Part shown: positions 1-12,335 of the stretch, piece by piece
Layout of the letters: every line of letters starts with the position of its first letter
How positions within the stretch are numbered: position 1 is the stretch's first letter
Origin: Octopus vulgaris
Lineage: Eukaryota
DNA: 64,000 nt
Reading direction: 5' to 3'
NCBI GenBank assembly: GCA_951406725.2
Contig: OX597814.1
Span: 189,534,001 to 189,598,000, forward strand
The notes under the pieces: model-generated
Told to the model about the DNA's origin: nothing
Databases searched by the model: none
What the model saw: the letters and a program-made list of their open reading frames with translations, nothing else
Translations under genes and position numbers: made by a program

Positions 1-70
<70 letters not shown>

Positions 71-85
71 ATATATTGCTCTCAA

Positions 86-165
<80 letters not shown>
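1..165. repeat. (TA)n/(TC)n compound microsatellite
   Basis: Direct reading of the sequence. Confidence 0.95.
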
Positions 166-185
166 GGCGCAAGAGTAGCTTTATA

Positions 186-780
186 GGCGCAGGAGCGGCT
201 GTGTGGTAACTGGCTTGCTTACCAACCACATGGTTCTGGGTTCATTCCCATTACGTAGCACCTTGGGCAAGTGTCTTCCACTATAGCCTCGGGCCGACCA
301 AAGCCTTGTGAGTGGATTTGGTAGACAGAAACTGAAAGAAGCCCGTCGTATATACTCTTTACTCTTTTACTTGTTTCAGTCAAGTGAGTGTTGCCATGCT
401 GGAACACCGTCTTTAGTCGAGCAAATCGAGCCCAGGAATTATTCTTTGTATGCCTAGTACTTATTCTATCGGTCAATTTTGCCGAACCGCTAAGGTACGG
501 TGATGTAAACACACTAGCATAGGTTGTCAAGCGACGTTGGGGGAGGGGGGCAAATACAAATACACAGACATATACACGCACATACATATATATGTATACA
601 TATATACAACGGCCTTCTTTTAGCTTCCGTCTACCAAATCCACTCACAAGGCTTTGGTCGGCCGATACTATAGTAGAAGACACTTGCCCAAGCTGCCACA
701 CAGTGGGACTGAACCCAGAACCATGTGGTTCGTAAGCAAGTTGCTTTCCACACAGCCACTCCTACGCCTATATATGTAGG

Positions 781-821
<41 letters not shown>

Positions 822-1030
822 ATGTTTGTGTGTCTGTTTGCCTAACGAACGTCGCTTGACAACCGACGGGGGACGGGGCGTCCCCGTAACTTAGCTGTTC
901 GGCAAAAGAAACCGATAGAGTAAGTACTAGGCTTACAAAGAATGTCCTGGGGTTGATTTGCTCGACTAAAGGCGGTGTTCCAGCATGGCCGCAGTCAAAT
1001 GACTGAAACAAGTAAAATATAGAATAAAAG
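186..1030 (+). mobile_element. tRNA-derived SINE family A, host copy split by a nested insertion
   Basis: Head ggcgcaggagcggctgtgtgg...ggttcattccc (A/B-box-like) at 186-350. The body and tail resume at ~800-1030 and end ...gactgaaacaagtaaaa. Confidence 0.85.
352..770 (-). mobile_element. SINE A, full copy nested antisense in the host SINE A
   Basis: Begins with the tail tactcttttactcttttacttg and ends at the head ...cacagccactcctacgcc; matches the other copies. Confidence 0.9.
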
Positions 1031-1033
1031 TAT

Positions 1034-1100
<67 letters not shown>

Positions 1101-1844
1101 AACAGACAGACAGACAGACAGATAGATAGATAGATAGAGAGACAGAGAGAGAAAGTGGGAGAGAGAGAGAAAAGTGGGAGAGAGAGATGAATGTATGTGT
1201 GTATAAGGGAGAAGCGAGAATGTTGAGGAGTAGATCGGTATGTATATGTATGTATGTATGCATGACAAATAGACGGACAAACAGACAGACAGATAGTTAA
1301 ACGGACAGTCAGACAGGCGGACAGGTGGGTGGGTAGGCAGGTAGGTAGGAAGGGAGCTAGGTTGGTAGCTAGGTGGATAGGTAGGTAAGTCATGGGAAAG
1401 TAGATATAAGCAAAGAAATCAGGGTGGTAAAAAAGGACCACAATTTAGACAGAATAAATATTGATAAAAAATTACGAGAGAAATAAAGCCTTTTTATATT
1501 TTTTCCACCATTTTCTTTCAATTCTTTAAGTAAGAAAAAGTGGGAGACACAGGAATTATAGGAGACCTGCCACACAGAGCTACATAAATTGGCCCTAATA
1601 TTAAAAAAATATCATCATCAGGTTTTTATTGATGAAGTTCTGTGTTCATTTTTGGCTGTCTGTGACGGCGAAACTGGTGAGAGAGAAAATATTTATAAGA
1701 AACGGGTTAGGCGTAACATTAGAGGTATAATTAATGTCAACAAGGGAAAAGTGAGAGAGAGAGAAAGAATAGACAAGTGTGGCTATATAGATACACAATT
1801 CGGAACAGTGCAGCTGGTCTGTGTGTATATAATACACACACACA

Positions 1845-1910
<66 letters not shown>

Positions 1911-1922
1911 TAGCTAGCTAGT

Positions 1923-1956
<34 letters not shown>

Positions 1957-1994
1957 CATACATACATACATACACACGCACACACACATATGTA

Positions 1995-2250
1995 TATACT
2001 CTTTTACTCTTTTACTTGTTTCAGTCATTTTGTCTGCGGCCATGCTGGAGCACCACTTTTTAGTCGAGCAAATTGACCCCAGGACTTATTCTTTGTAAGC
2101 CTAGTACTTATTCTATCGGTCTCTTTTGCTGAACCGCTAAGTTACGGGGACGTAAACACACCAGCATCGGTTGTCAAGCGATGTTGGGGACACACACACA
2201 CAAACATATACACACACATACATACATACATACATACATACATACATACA

Positions 2251-2286
<36 letters not shown>

Positions 2287-2458
2287 TATATACACGACGG
2301 GCTTCTTTCAGACTCCGTCTACCAAATCCACTCACAAGGCTTTGGTCAGCCCGAGGTTACAGTAAAAGACACTTGTCCAAGGTATCACGCAGTGGGACTG
2401 AACCCGGAACCATGTGGTTGGTAAGCAAGCTACTTACCACACAGCCACTCCTACGCCT
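1995..2458 (-). mobile_element. SINE A, full-length
   Basis: Same tail, body, internal (CA)/(CATA)n tract and tRNA-like head. Confidence 0.9.
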
Positions 2459-2482
2459 ATATAATTATACTTAATTATATAC

Positions 2483-2915
2483 TGGTGCAGGCGTAGCTGT
2501 GTGATAAGACATTTGCTTCCCAACCACATGGTTCTGGGTCAGTCTTATAGCGTCGCACCTTTTCCAATTCTCTCCTACTATAGCCTCGGACCGGCCAATG
2601 TATTGAAAGTGGATTTGGTAGAAGGAAACTGAAAGAAGCCCACTGTTTATGAGTTTATAAATATGTGTGTGCGCGCGCGCGTGTGTGTATGTATGAATGT
2701 GTCTTTGTGTCTGTGTTTGTCTTCGCCACCACCGCCTCTCAACCCGTGTTGGTGTGTTTATGTTCACGTAAATTAGAGGTACAGCAAAAAATACCGATAG
2801 AATAAGTACCAGGCTTTATAAAATTCAGTAACGAGATTGGTTCATTTGACTAAAAATTTTCTAAGGCGGGGCTCCAGCATGACTAGAGTCTTATGTCTAA
2901 AATAAGTCAGAGAGT
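2483..2915 (+). mobile_element. SINE A-related diverged copy
   Basis: Head ggtgcaggcgtagctgtgtga, body gtggatttggtagaaggaaactgaaagaagccc, tail aaggcggggctccagcatg. Confidence 0.8.
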
Positions 2916-3047
2916 AAAGATATATTTGTATGCGTTTATGTATGTATGTATGAATGAACATACTACATGCATACATACATACATACATACATACATACAT
3001 ACATACATACATACATACATACATACATACATACATACATACATAAA

Positions 3048-3778
3048 TTACCAGTGAAGACCTCAATTAAATGTAAGCAAAACAGACCTGATATAATGAT
3101 TTCGGATAGTGAAGAGAAATGAGCACAGTTGTGGAAATTAGCTGCCCAGCAGAAGATCAGTAAAAAGGAGAACACCTATGCTGAGCTATTGAGAAATCTG
3201 CAATTACTCTATTCAGGTCACAAGTTCAGATTTATACATGTAATTATTGGAGCCCTAGGATATATAACACACGGCCTAAACACCAATCTTGGGAAATTAG
3301 GCTTCTCAAACCAGAAAGGAGAAAGCTAATTCGAAGACTACAGATCCAGTCCATCATTGGAACAGTAAAAATCTGTAAAACTTTCAAGTTTATCATTTAA
3401 ATATATATGTGCATTTCTAGATATGTAACTATATTTATGAGAATACATACATTACAAATCTGCACATATATACATGGTGGCTGCCCCCTCGTTATCGAGT
3501 ATGGCCATTGCACGAAGCTTAATCAATGTTGTTATCGTGCAATGCCTGTGCAAGAAGATTTTTTTTAAATGAGGAAAGGCTGTGCACTAACATACATACA
3601 TACATACATACATACATACATACATACATACATACATACATACATAGAGACATAGAGACAGACAGACAGAATAGGCAAAAATACCCTGTTATTGATTTTG
3701 AAATACCACTAAAGGAGTCTTGGATCTAGGTTAAAAACTGGTTGTTCATTGAGAAGAAATCTTGAAATAAACTGAACA
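3048..3778 (+). mobile_element. R4/Dong-like RLE non-LTR retrotransposon 3' fragment (pseudogenised)
   Basis: Frameshifted translation PVKTSIKCKQNRPDIMI..TVVEISCPA..KENTYAELLRNLQLLY..KFRFIHVIIGALG, a PD-(D/E)xK restriction-like endonuclease C-terminus. The 3' UTR is shared with the copy at 39.9-40.5 kb. Confidence 0.8.
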
Positions 3779-3781
3779 ATG

Positions 3782-4098
3782 ACAATTCGACCCAAGGACA
3801 TATTCATTGTAAGCCTAGTATTTATTCTGTCGGTTGCTTTGCCGAACCGCTATATTACGGGGGCGTATTCACAGCAACATCGGTTTTCAAGCGATGGAGT
3901 GAGGTACAAACGCAGACACACACACAAATATATACATATATATAAATGTACGATGGATTTATTTCAGATTCTGCCTACCAAATCCACTCACAAGGCTTTG
4001 GTTGGCCCGAGGCTTTAGTAGAAGACACTTTTCCATAGTGTCACGTAGTGGGACTGAACCCAGAACCATGTGCTTGGGAAGCATGCTTCTTACTACAG
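3782..4098 (-). mobile_element. SINE A variant, tail-truncated (local duplicate of 6212-6598)
   Basis: Shares private substitutions and downstream flank with 6281-6650. Confidence 0.85.
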
Positions 4099-4869
4099 AG
4101 TTATTTTTTCAAATATATATACATACATATATACGTCTATGTGTGTGTGTACGCTAACGTTATAAGTCTCGAATACGATAGTGCTTATAATTGTCTTCTT
4201 TCAGCAATTCTGATTATTTCGACTTCCACTGTTGCTCCATTTTCTTCTGAATTCCCTTTCTGTCTTCTTTCAGTTGTCATTCCTTTTACTTCGAGGTCTG
4301 CCTCTGTTTCTTGGCATCAATTTGTAACAGATCTTCCGCTCTCCAATTCAAGTTAGCCCTGAATTTTCTTTCCCCGCTGTTTCTGTTCCTTGTGAGGAAT
4401 TTCACTTCATGTGGTAATCTACAATCTTGTCTAGAGCAAGCATTATCATTATGTTTCCCATCTCTCTTCCCACCCTCGCAATCATTCGCTCACCTCCACC
4501 TTATATTTCACTGTTTGTACGCCCGACTGCTTCTGTCACCAGTAATCTTTCTGTTGAAAGTTTCTCTTAACACACACACACACACACACACACTCACACA
4601 CATACACTCATGTAGGCAGCATTCAAAAACATATATATAAGTACTTATGTATATAATATATAAATGTATGTGTGTGGCATATACATACATACATTCATAC
4701 ATACATACATACGCACAATTATTAGATAACATCGCGAAAGACAAATTAATTTATTCAGCATTCTATCTGTCTCACTGTCTTCACTTAACTGTCTTTGTAA
4801 TTGATAAGATATACAGTAGTATCTACGTTGGCTCAAGTATATTTCGACATTTCTCTGCGAAGTTCCACC

Positions 4870-5030
4870 TAATAATCTATTATATAGTTTCTCTCCTTGT
4901 TTTTTTTTTCACTGTGTCCCTTTCTGTAGAAGAGCGTAGGCTCGAAACATAAAAGACTTTTTCTATTCCCGAGCGTTATACTAATACATCTGTTTGTTTT
5001 GTACATCACTTGTCTTCGTTTTCGTCTACT
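4870..5030 (+). mobile_element. Penelope-like terminal unit with hammerhead-like motif (CUGUNGA family)
   Basis: ctttCTGTAGAaGAGCgtagGCTCGAAACataaaag. Homologues at 8.9, 23.3, 23.5 and 39.1 kb. Confidence 0.6.
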
Positions 5031-5334
5031 ACAATTATATAGTAGTAGTTGGAAATTTATAACATTTAAAATTTTCTCCATTATTCCGAAATAAACAAGA
5101 TTAAATATCATTCAACAATTAAATTTAGATTATGATTATAGAAATGAAATAGTTATGTATACGAATGCATGATTGGAAAGTTAAGAAACATGCTCTGCAA
5201 CCATATAATTTTGAGTTCAGACCGACTGTACGGCATGTTGTGGAAGTATCTTCTACGATAGCCCTGGGTCTATCAATGCCTTGTGAGTGAATATGGTAGA
5301 CGGAAACTATATGGAAATCCATTGTTATGTATGT

Positions 5335-5568
5335 ATCAAGACGGGTCGAATTCCTCCCCGAGCCCTGGGCTTATAAGCCCGTTTTTGTAGATACTGAGGC
5401 GTATGTTTTCTGCCTCACAGAAGGGTGCCAGTCCATCGCGGGGTTATTCATTTTGACGGCTGAGTGCACTTGAGTAGCATGAAATGAAGAGTTTAGCTCA
5501 AGAACACGACGCACCGTCCGCTCCAGAAATCGAAACCACAATCAACACCTTTACCACTGAGCCTCGCA
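5335..5568 (-). mobile_element. tRNA-head SINE family D (diverged)
   Basis: Contains gaaatgaagagtttagctcaagaacac and the head ...accactgagcc; matches the 16.9, 20.6 and 21.5 kb copies. Confidence 0.65.
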
Positions 5569-5678
5569 CTTTACACACACACACACGTACACACGCACAC
5601 ACACACACACACACGTACACTCACACATACACACATATATATCGAGAGAGAGAGAGAAAGAAATAGATAGATTGAAAC

Positions 5679-5715
<37 letters not shown>

Positions 5716-6211
5716 TAGATAGATAGATAGATAGACAGATATGGGTGAGTTTGTATGTCTTTTATGGATGTTTAAAACTCTACCTCCTATCACTTAATAA
5801 TTGTTGCAAATTAAAGGGTTCTGCAAAAGACACCATAAACTAAGCAGCGGGCTTGATAAATAAGTACTGGTGTCCATCAACTCGACTAAAGCTTTCAAAG
5901 CGGTGCCCCAGCATGGTCGTGGTGCAATGACTGAAGCAATTAGGAAATAAATATAAGATGGAATACGACGAAATCGTTTTGTGTAACACGACAGAAGAAA
6001 TATTTTAAAACACATCTGTATATTTTCCCTTTCTATTAAATACAACCAGTACCTCTGTGTGTGTAAAATAGAATAAGTAAGAAGCACTCCTTGGTGCAGT
6101 ATTATATATTTGAAAAAAAAAAATGAATTGAAATGGCTTTTCTGATAATTTTCCCACTTTAATAATTAGTTGTTTAATTATTAAAGTGGCAAAATTATCA
6201 GAAAAAACTAT

Positions 6212-6598
6212 TTACTCTTTTGCTCCTTTACTTGTTTCAGTCATTTGACTGCAGCCATGCTTGAACACCGCCTGTAGTCGAACAATTCGACCCAAGGACA
6301 TATTCATTGTAAGCCCAGTATTTGTTCTGTCGGTTGCTTTGCCGAACCGCTATATTACGGGGGCGTATTCACAGCAACATCGGTTTTCAAGCGATAGAGT
6401 GAGGTACAAACGCAGACACACACACAAATATATACATATATATATACATGTACGACGGATTTATTTCAGATTCTGTCTACCAAATCCACTCACAAGGCTT
6501 TGGTTGTCCCGAGGCTATAGTAGAAGACACTTTCCCATAGTGTCACGTAGTGGGACTGAACCCAGAACCATGTGCTTGGGAAGCATGCTTCTTACTAC
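6212..6598 (-). mobile_element. SINE A variant
   Basis: Tail, body and head match the family. Confidence 0.85.
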
Positions 6599-6970
6599 AG
6601 AGTTATTTTTTCAAATATATATACATACATATATACGTCTATGTGTGTGTAAGAATGAGTAATTGTGTAAATCCATATGTATGTATAGATGCCTGCATGT
6701 GTGTGTGTGTGTGTGTGTGTACTTTCTCTGTAATCCTTCTACCTCTTTCTGTCATTAAGAGTTAATCAGATTTTTGTGAAATTCCTCTGTCTCTTTCCTT
6801 CGCCTTAATTAACTGTAGTCCTTTTATGTTCCTAGGTTTGTATGTTCCCTCCCTTAATTTCTTCATTATCTCGCTCACATCATATCATTTCTTCGTCTAT
6901 ATCTACAAATATAATTTCCTCTTCAATATCCTAATAAAACAGACAAACCTGACACGATCATTAATAATGA

Positions 6971-7900
6971 CTAGCAGAATGACCACCCTCCGGGCGGTTT
7001 TCTGCTACTCAATTCATAATATTTTCATATTTGATTCCCACTTCTAATAATTTTCATGATATTTTACGTCTAATTATTTCATTGCATAATAGTGCTCACT
7101 TGCTTAGTAAATATTGCTTTCATTATTTTATCACAGTCATAATTTCTCTTTTTTAAACAAATATCAAGGTAGTTCAACTAAGTGGGGGTGGGCAGTTTTA
7201 CCTTCCCCTCAAGTAACGTAGAGATTTCATTTCAGCAGCCCATCTGTAATTTTTGCAGTATGACTAAACATCGTCAAAGAGACTCCCTCAAGACAGGACA
7301 TCCTACTCTTGAAAATTATCGAAACTGGCTTTCATTGCAAATCCTTTAATAGAATTCCTCCTAGTTTAACAATGTTTTCGTCTGTACTCCTGCTGTTTCG
7401 TCTATCCTGCGGTTTCGTCTACCAGCACCCTATTTGTTGGCACTGGTGTTTCTTTTAGTATCTCACTGAAGTTTGATACTTATTATCAATAGGCAGCTGA
7501 ACAGTCACACACGGTGAAAGCTAACTCAGTGTCTTATTCTGAAGTAGAATATTCTCCTCTCGAGATACCGTAACCAGTCGGTCTTGTGTAGCGGAAGCAG
7601 AATCATCTTTACGTCTACGTGCATATTCAGACATTTGTTTCAGTCGCTTTGCCCTGACTTTATGTGGCTCAGTTGCGAGTCTTTCTCTCTGTTGTCGTGC
7701 CTTTGCTGCTACATGATTTTTTTTACAGCAGCATATTTTCTTTTTTTTTGGACGCCCCATGTTGAATCGCAATATCCTAATGTGATATTTGTGTTATAAC
7801 GAAATCAAACCTGGACTCTGCGTGTGTGTGTGTTTACATCATAGAGACAGTGTGTGTGTGCTTATATTAGAAAGGCAGGATGTGTGTGTGTGTGAGGGAG
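6971..7900 (-). mobile_element. Helitron remnant (internally deleted)
   Basis: The minus strand ends in hairpin accgccc-gga-gggtggt followed by CTAG, the canonical Helitron 3' end. Degenerate SYCKNYRWAAEMKSL..GKVKLP (~7190-7265) resembles the Helitron N-terminal Zn finger. Basic MGRPKKK..RERLATE..RLKQMSEY low-complexity N-terminus at 7521-7760. The 5' boundary is uncertain. Confidence 0.65.
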
Positions 7901-8056
7901 AGAGGGAGAGAAAGAACATTGCAAACAATGAGTGAAATAAACATGAAATGAAAAAATCATATAGATAAAAGCTCGTTAAAAACTATCTTGTACCGAATAT
8001 TTAAAACTTAATTTGAAATATTCAATAATACGCTCGTATATGTAAGTATTCGTAAG

Positions 8057-8121
<65 letters not shown>

Positions 8122-8169
8122 TGTATGTATGTATGTATGTATGTATGTATGTATTTATGTGCTGTGTAT

Positions 8170-8227
8170 ATTCCACTGATGAGGCAAAGCATTTCTTATG
8201 CAGAGCCAGAAATCCGGGATCTGGAAT
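8170..8227 (+). ncRNA. Minimal type-I hammerhead ribozyme motif
   Basis: Stem I attcca/tggaat; CTGATGA; stem II ggc..gcat/atgc..gcc; GAAA; stem III atcc-g-ggat; AUC cleavage triplet. Confidence 0.6.
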
Positions 8228-8367
8228 TATCTAATAATGTTTTTGGTAGTTTATTTTGTCTTTTTGTCTTCTTTCCTGGTACTGTATGAACTTTTAATAT
8301 GGTTTTAGATTCAAGTTTTGGCTGCTATTTCAAGCATGGTGGTATCTCTTAGATACCCTAAATTATA

Positions 8368-8419
<52 letters not shown>

Positions 8420-8839
8420 GTAGATAGGTAAGATAACATTTCAGCTGTTTCCTCTTCCGTTATTACAATCCAGTATGTATTTGCAGTTATTGTTTTTTAG
8501 ATGCAAGGTGCATATTAGAGTTGAAAATTCGGCAAATATTGCTTGCAGAAGTATTATAAAACAAAATAGGAAGTTGGAAAATTTATTGGTATTACTTTTT
8601 ACCATTACATATATTTCATTTCCTAATAGAGTTTTTACAGCGTTTTACATGTCAAATAGACATCTAAGGAATTTCCTATTAGAAATCCTGCAGACAGAGG
8701 ATTATATGATATATATATATAGTGTATTACTTAATTCTATGTCTACCTAACATGTAAAACTCTGTAATTCCAATTACATGTGTAATGGCAAATAAGCAAC
8801 AGCAATAAATTTTTTAGCTATGTATATAGTTGAAATTTA

Positions 8840-9030
8840 TAGAAAAACAAAAGACGAAGACATGTGTATGAACAACAAACAAGTGTATTACTTTCACTTT
8901 CGGGAAATGAACGTAAAACTAATACACTTGTTATGTATTAGTTTTATGTTTCGAGCCTACGCTCTTCAACAGAAAGGAATAAGAGAAAATAAACAGAGAA
9001 AGAAAAAATCTTGTAGATTTCAGCGGTCCA
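8840..9030 (-). mobile_element. Penelope-like terminal unit (CUGUNGA hammerhead family)
   Basis: gtttcgagcctacgctcttcaacag core with family flanks. Confidence 0.55.
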
Positions 9031-9402
9031 GCATGGACATGGCCCGCAGTTTCGAGGTGGGTGTTAAGTCGATTACATTGACCCCAAAATTCAACTGGTA
9101 CTTATTTTATCGACTTTGAAAGAATGAAAAGCAAAGTCCAACTTGATGGAATTTGAATTCCGAGCGTGCAGACGGACGAAATGCCCCGAAGCATTATATA
9201 TATTTATGTGATGGGAAACTGCTTTGAAGGAATTTACTCGATCATATAGTCCTTAGAATGATTTCTTTTATCGTGAGCTTATTTGATTGTACCCTATTTA
9301 TCGAATGAGTAAGTTACAGGATGTAAACACAGACATCAGTTTATCAAAGGGTGTTATGAAAATGACAGGAATGAATACAGACGCGTAAATACAAACATAA
9401 AT

Positions 9403-9495
<93 letters not shown>

Positions 9496-9557
9496 AATAT
9501 ATTCAGATATATATATATCACAATATATTCAGATATATATATAAATATATATACGAC

Positions 9558-9725
9558 AAAGAAGCAACAAGAATGGATTAGTTTTTAGTACAATTGTTTC
9601 ATACAAAGACAGGCTTTATTAAAAGTTGCAAATATTTATCTGCTGCAATATTTGCAACTTTTAATAAAGCCTGTCTTTGTATGAAACAATTGTACTAAAA
9701 ACTAATCCATTCTTGTTGCTTCTTT
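9558..9725. repeat. Perfect 79-bp inverted repeat with 10-nt spacer
   Basis: 9558-9636 is the reverse complement of 9647-9725. Confidence 0.9.
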
Positions 9726-11914
9726 CTCGTTTATAATCACCCCACATTACTGTATGGTTAACACCATATAGTTTTCTGGTGCATCTAAGTTAAGTACCGC
9801 ATTCAAGTGAATTCATTAGAATTGACTTGAATCTTAATTGCTTTTATATAAATATATATATATATAACCAATAAGCTACATTAATATGTTTTATTCAATC
9901 AAGTAGCGGCTTAATCTCATACAAACATTCTGTTGTAAGTAGAAAGATGAAATAGTTATGGAAGAGGTTCTGACGTGATGCAGTGAAAAAAACGCAATAT
10001 TGGTAAAGTATACACTACAGGGTCCCAGGGTTTGAAATGGATATTTAATTTCAACACGGTCTTCCATACTTTCCTTTGTTGAAAGAAAAATCAGAAAGTA
10101 TTGTATTATTCACAGTAACTATCGAAATATTTCTATATTTAATTTACCGTGATTATTAGCTTAATTATAACAGAACCAATATACGAAATTATAATTTCAA
10201 ATTCATTGAATGTTAATTGAATAATCTAAGCTTTCCGTAGTCATACAATGATTTAAAATGCTAATCAAATAAGACAATCCCAATCTGTCCGAGCATAGAA
10301 ATAACACTTCAAGATGACATTATGCAGAAAATGTTAATAACATTATGCTGAGAGATAATTTTGAAACGAAGAAACTCAGCTAAAATTTTAAACCGAAGAC
10401 TTCTGTTAGACATTACCGTCTGGAGTTTATATCTCGGTGTGTCTGGAATTCCTCCAAACCAACCATTCATACATTATGTTTTCCACTTGGCATCGATACA
10501 TATTTTCTGATGCTCTTTACTGAATGAGATCAATGTCATCAGAATGAATACAATACACATTGCCATGCAAAATACATCAGCAGGTTGTATGCATATTAAC
10601 TCATTGACACAACACCAGAAAACTGGACAATAATATATATACAACCATTTGAAAGAAAATATACCGACTTATTTACAACAGAAATACTAGACAAGGCGCT
10701 AACAATTGAAAAAATTTACCGCAGAAGGACAATAGACTAATTAATAAAACACACAATAAAAGAAGAAAAAGCATTAAAAATGAGCAGATAGAATCGATTT
10801 TAATCTGTGCCAGTTTGCCCGTCAAAAAATCTATAAAACGTGTGCCGAAAAATTAATGTATTCGCAAAATAAATTTCAGTGTTTTCAACAGTGTTCAAAA
10901 GACATTCGATGCGCAACATTATTATTGTGACTATGAATAATATATCGTGACAGTATAATTATTATGGTGACCTGCTGGGACTCTATAATTGTTAGGTTAG
11001 TTATTTATTCTCTAGTGATAATGTTAACATCACTTCTCTAATTCCCTTTATGATTATAATGTTGTTAACATATTTATTACACAAGCTATGTCAATCCCTT
11101 AACAACCAAACTTTAATTAAAATAATACCGAATCGAGCAAAGGAAGTGATTACCTTCAGAACAGAACACGCCTATTTTAATCTTTGAAATCATAGGGAGT
11201 ATCTGGAACAATTCTAGTAACTGATGATGATGATAAAAGGCAAAACATATAACTCCGTCGAGTAACACGTAACTAGATCAGAAGTTAAATATTATGTATA
11301 ACGGGCGAACGAACAAGCAGATTATTATGTAGATTGATATTAGCTTATCACAAATCTTTGATACAGCGTATCATATAATATGTCCCACTAACAATTGTTG
11401 ATATCCACCAAAATGTTTAGTAATTTCCTACTGGTAATTTGTTGAACTAGTTGTTGTTGTTGTTGTTGTTGGTGGTGGTGTTGGTGGTGGTGGTGGTGGT
11501 GGTGGTGGTGATGCTACTTCGCTTCTGTTGTTCTATAGCCCCAGGTCTCCTCCATCAGAGCAGATGCATGGCATAACATGTTGCAGTCGTAGATCTCCCT
11601 TACCGAATTATTGAACTGATTCGAATTATTTGTAGAGTGGGGTGGGGTGGGGGATAAAGTCACGTCAGAGAATTTTACCGCTTTATTAAGGGTGTGTTGC
11701 GTATTGGAGGGGGTAGAACCGATATAAAGGGATTACGCCATCGCACTTTATGAACAGCTGAACTTTAATGAAAATTGCTAGGACTGGGTGGTCGTTTTTA
11801 CGGTTTTTATTTCCATTTGTCATACTTATTCACTAGTATATTTGTGTATTAATCGTTAAATCTTCTAGAACTAACAACTAAATATTCTTCAAATCACACA
11901 TTACTATCTTATAT

Positions 11915-12335
11915 ATCTATTTCTTTACTACCCACAAGGGGCTAAACACTGAGGGGACAAAAAAGGACAGACAGACGGACTAAGTCGATTATATCGACCC
12001 CAGTGCGTAACTGGTACGTAATTTATCGACCCCGAAAGGATGAATGGTAAGGTCGACCTCGGCGGAATTTGAACTCAGAACGTAACAGCAGACGAAATAC
12101 GTATTTCTTTATTATCCACAAGGGGCTAAACATAGAGGGGACAAACAAGGACAGACAAACGGATTAAGTCGATTACATCGACCCCAGTGCGTAACTGGTA
12201 CGTAATTTATCGACCCCGAAAGGATGAAAGGCAAAGTCGACCTCGGCGGAATTTGAACTCAGAACGTAACGGCAGACGAAATACGGCTACGCATTTCGCC
12301 CGGTGTGCTAACGTCTCTACCAGCTCGCCGCCTTG
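11915..12335 (-). mobile_element. SINE family B tandem dimer with 17-bp TSD
   Basis: Head aaggcggcgagctgg..gagttcaaattcc and core gaggtcgactttgcctttcatcctttcggggtcgataaa. TSD acacattactatcttat at 11896-11912 and 12336-12352. Confidence 0.9.

Noticed and set aside
8420-8800. Possible very decayed Penelope RT remnants (also 10.2-10.8 kb and 56.9-58.3 kb)
   Set aside because: Only faint fragments requiring several assumed frameshifts; not supportable by eye.
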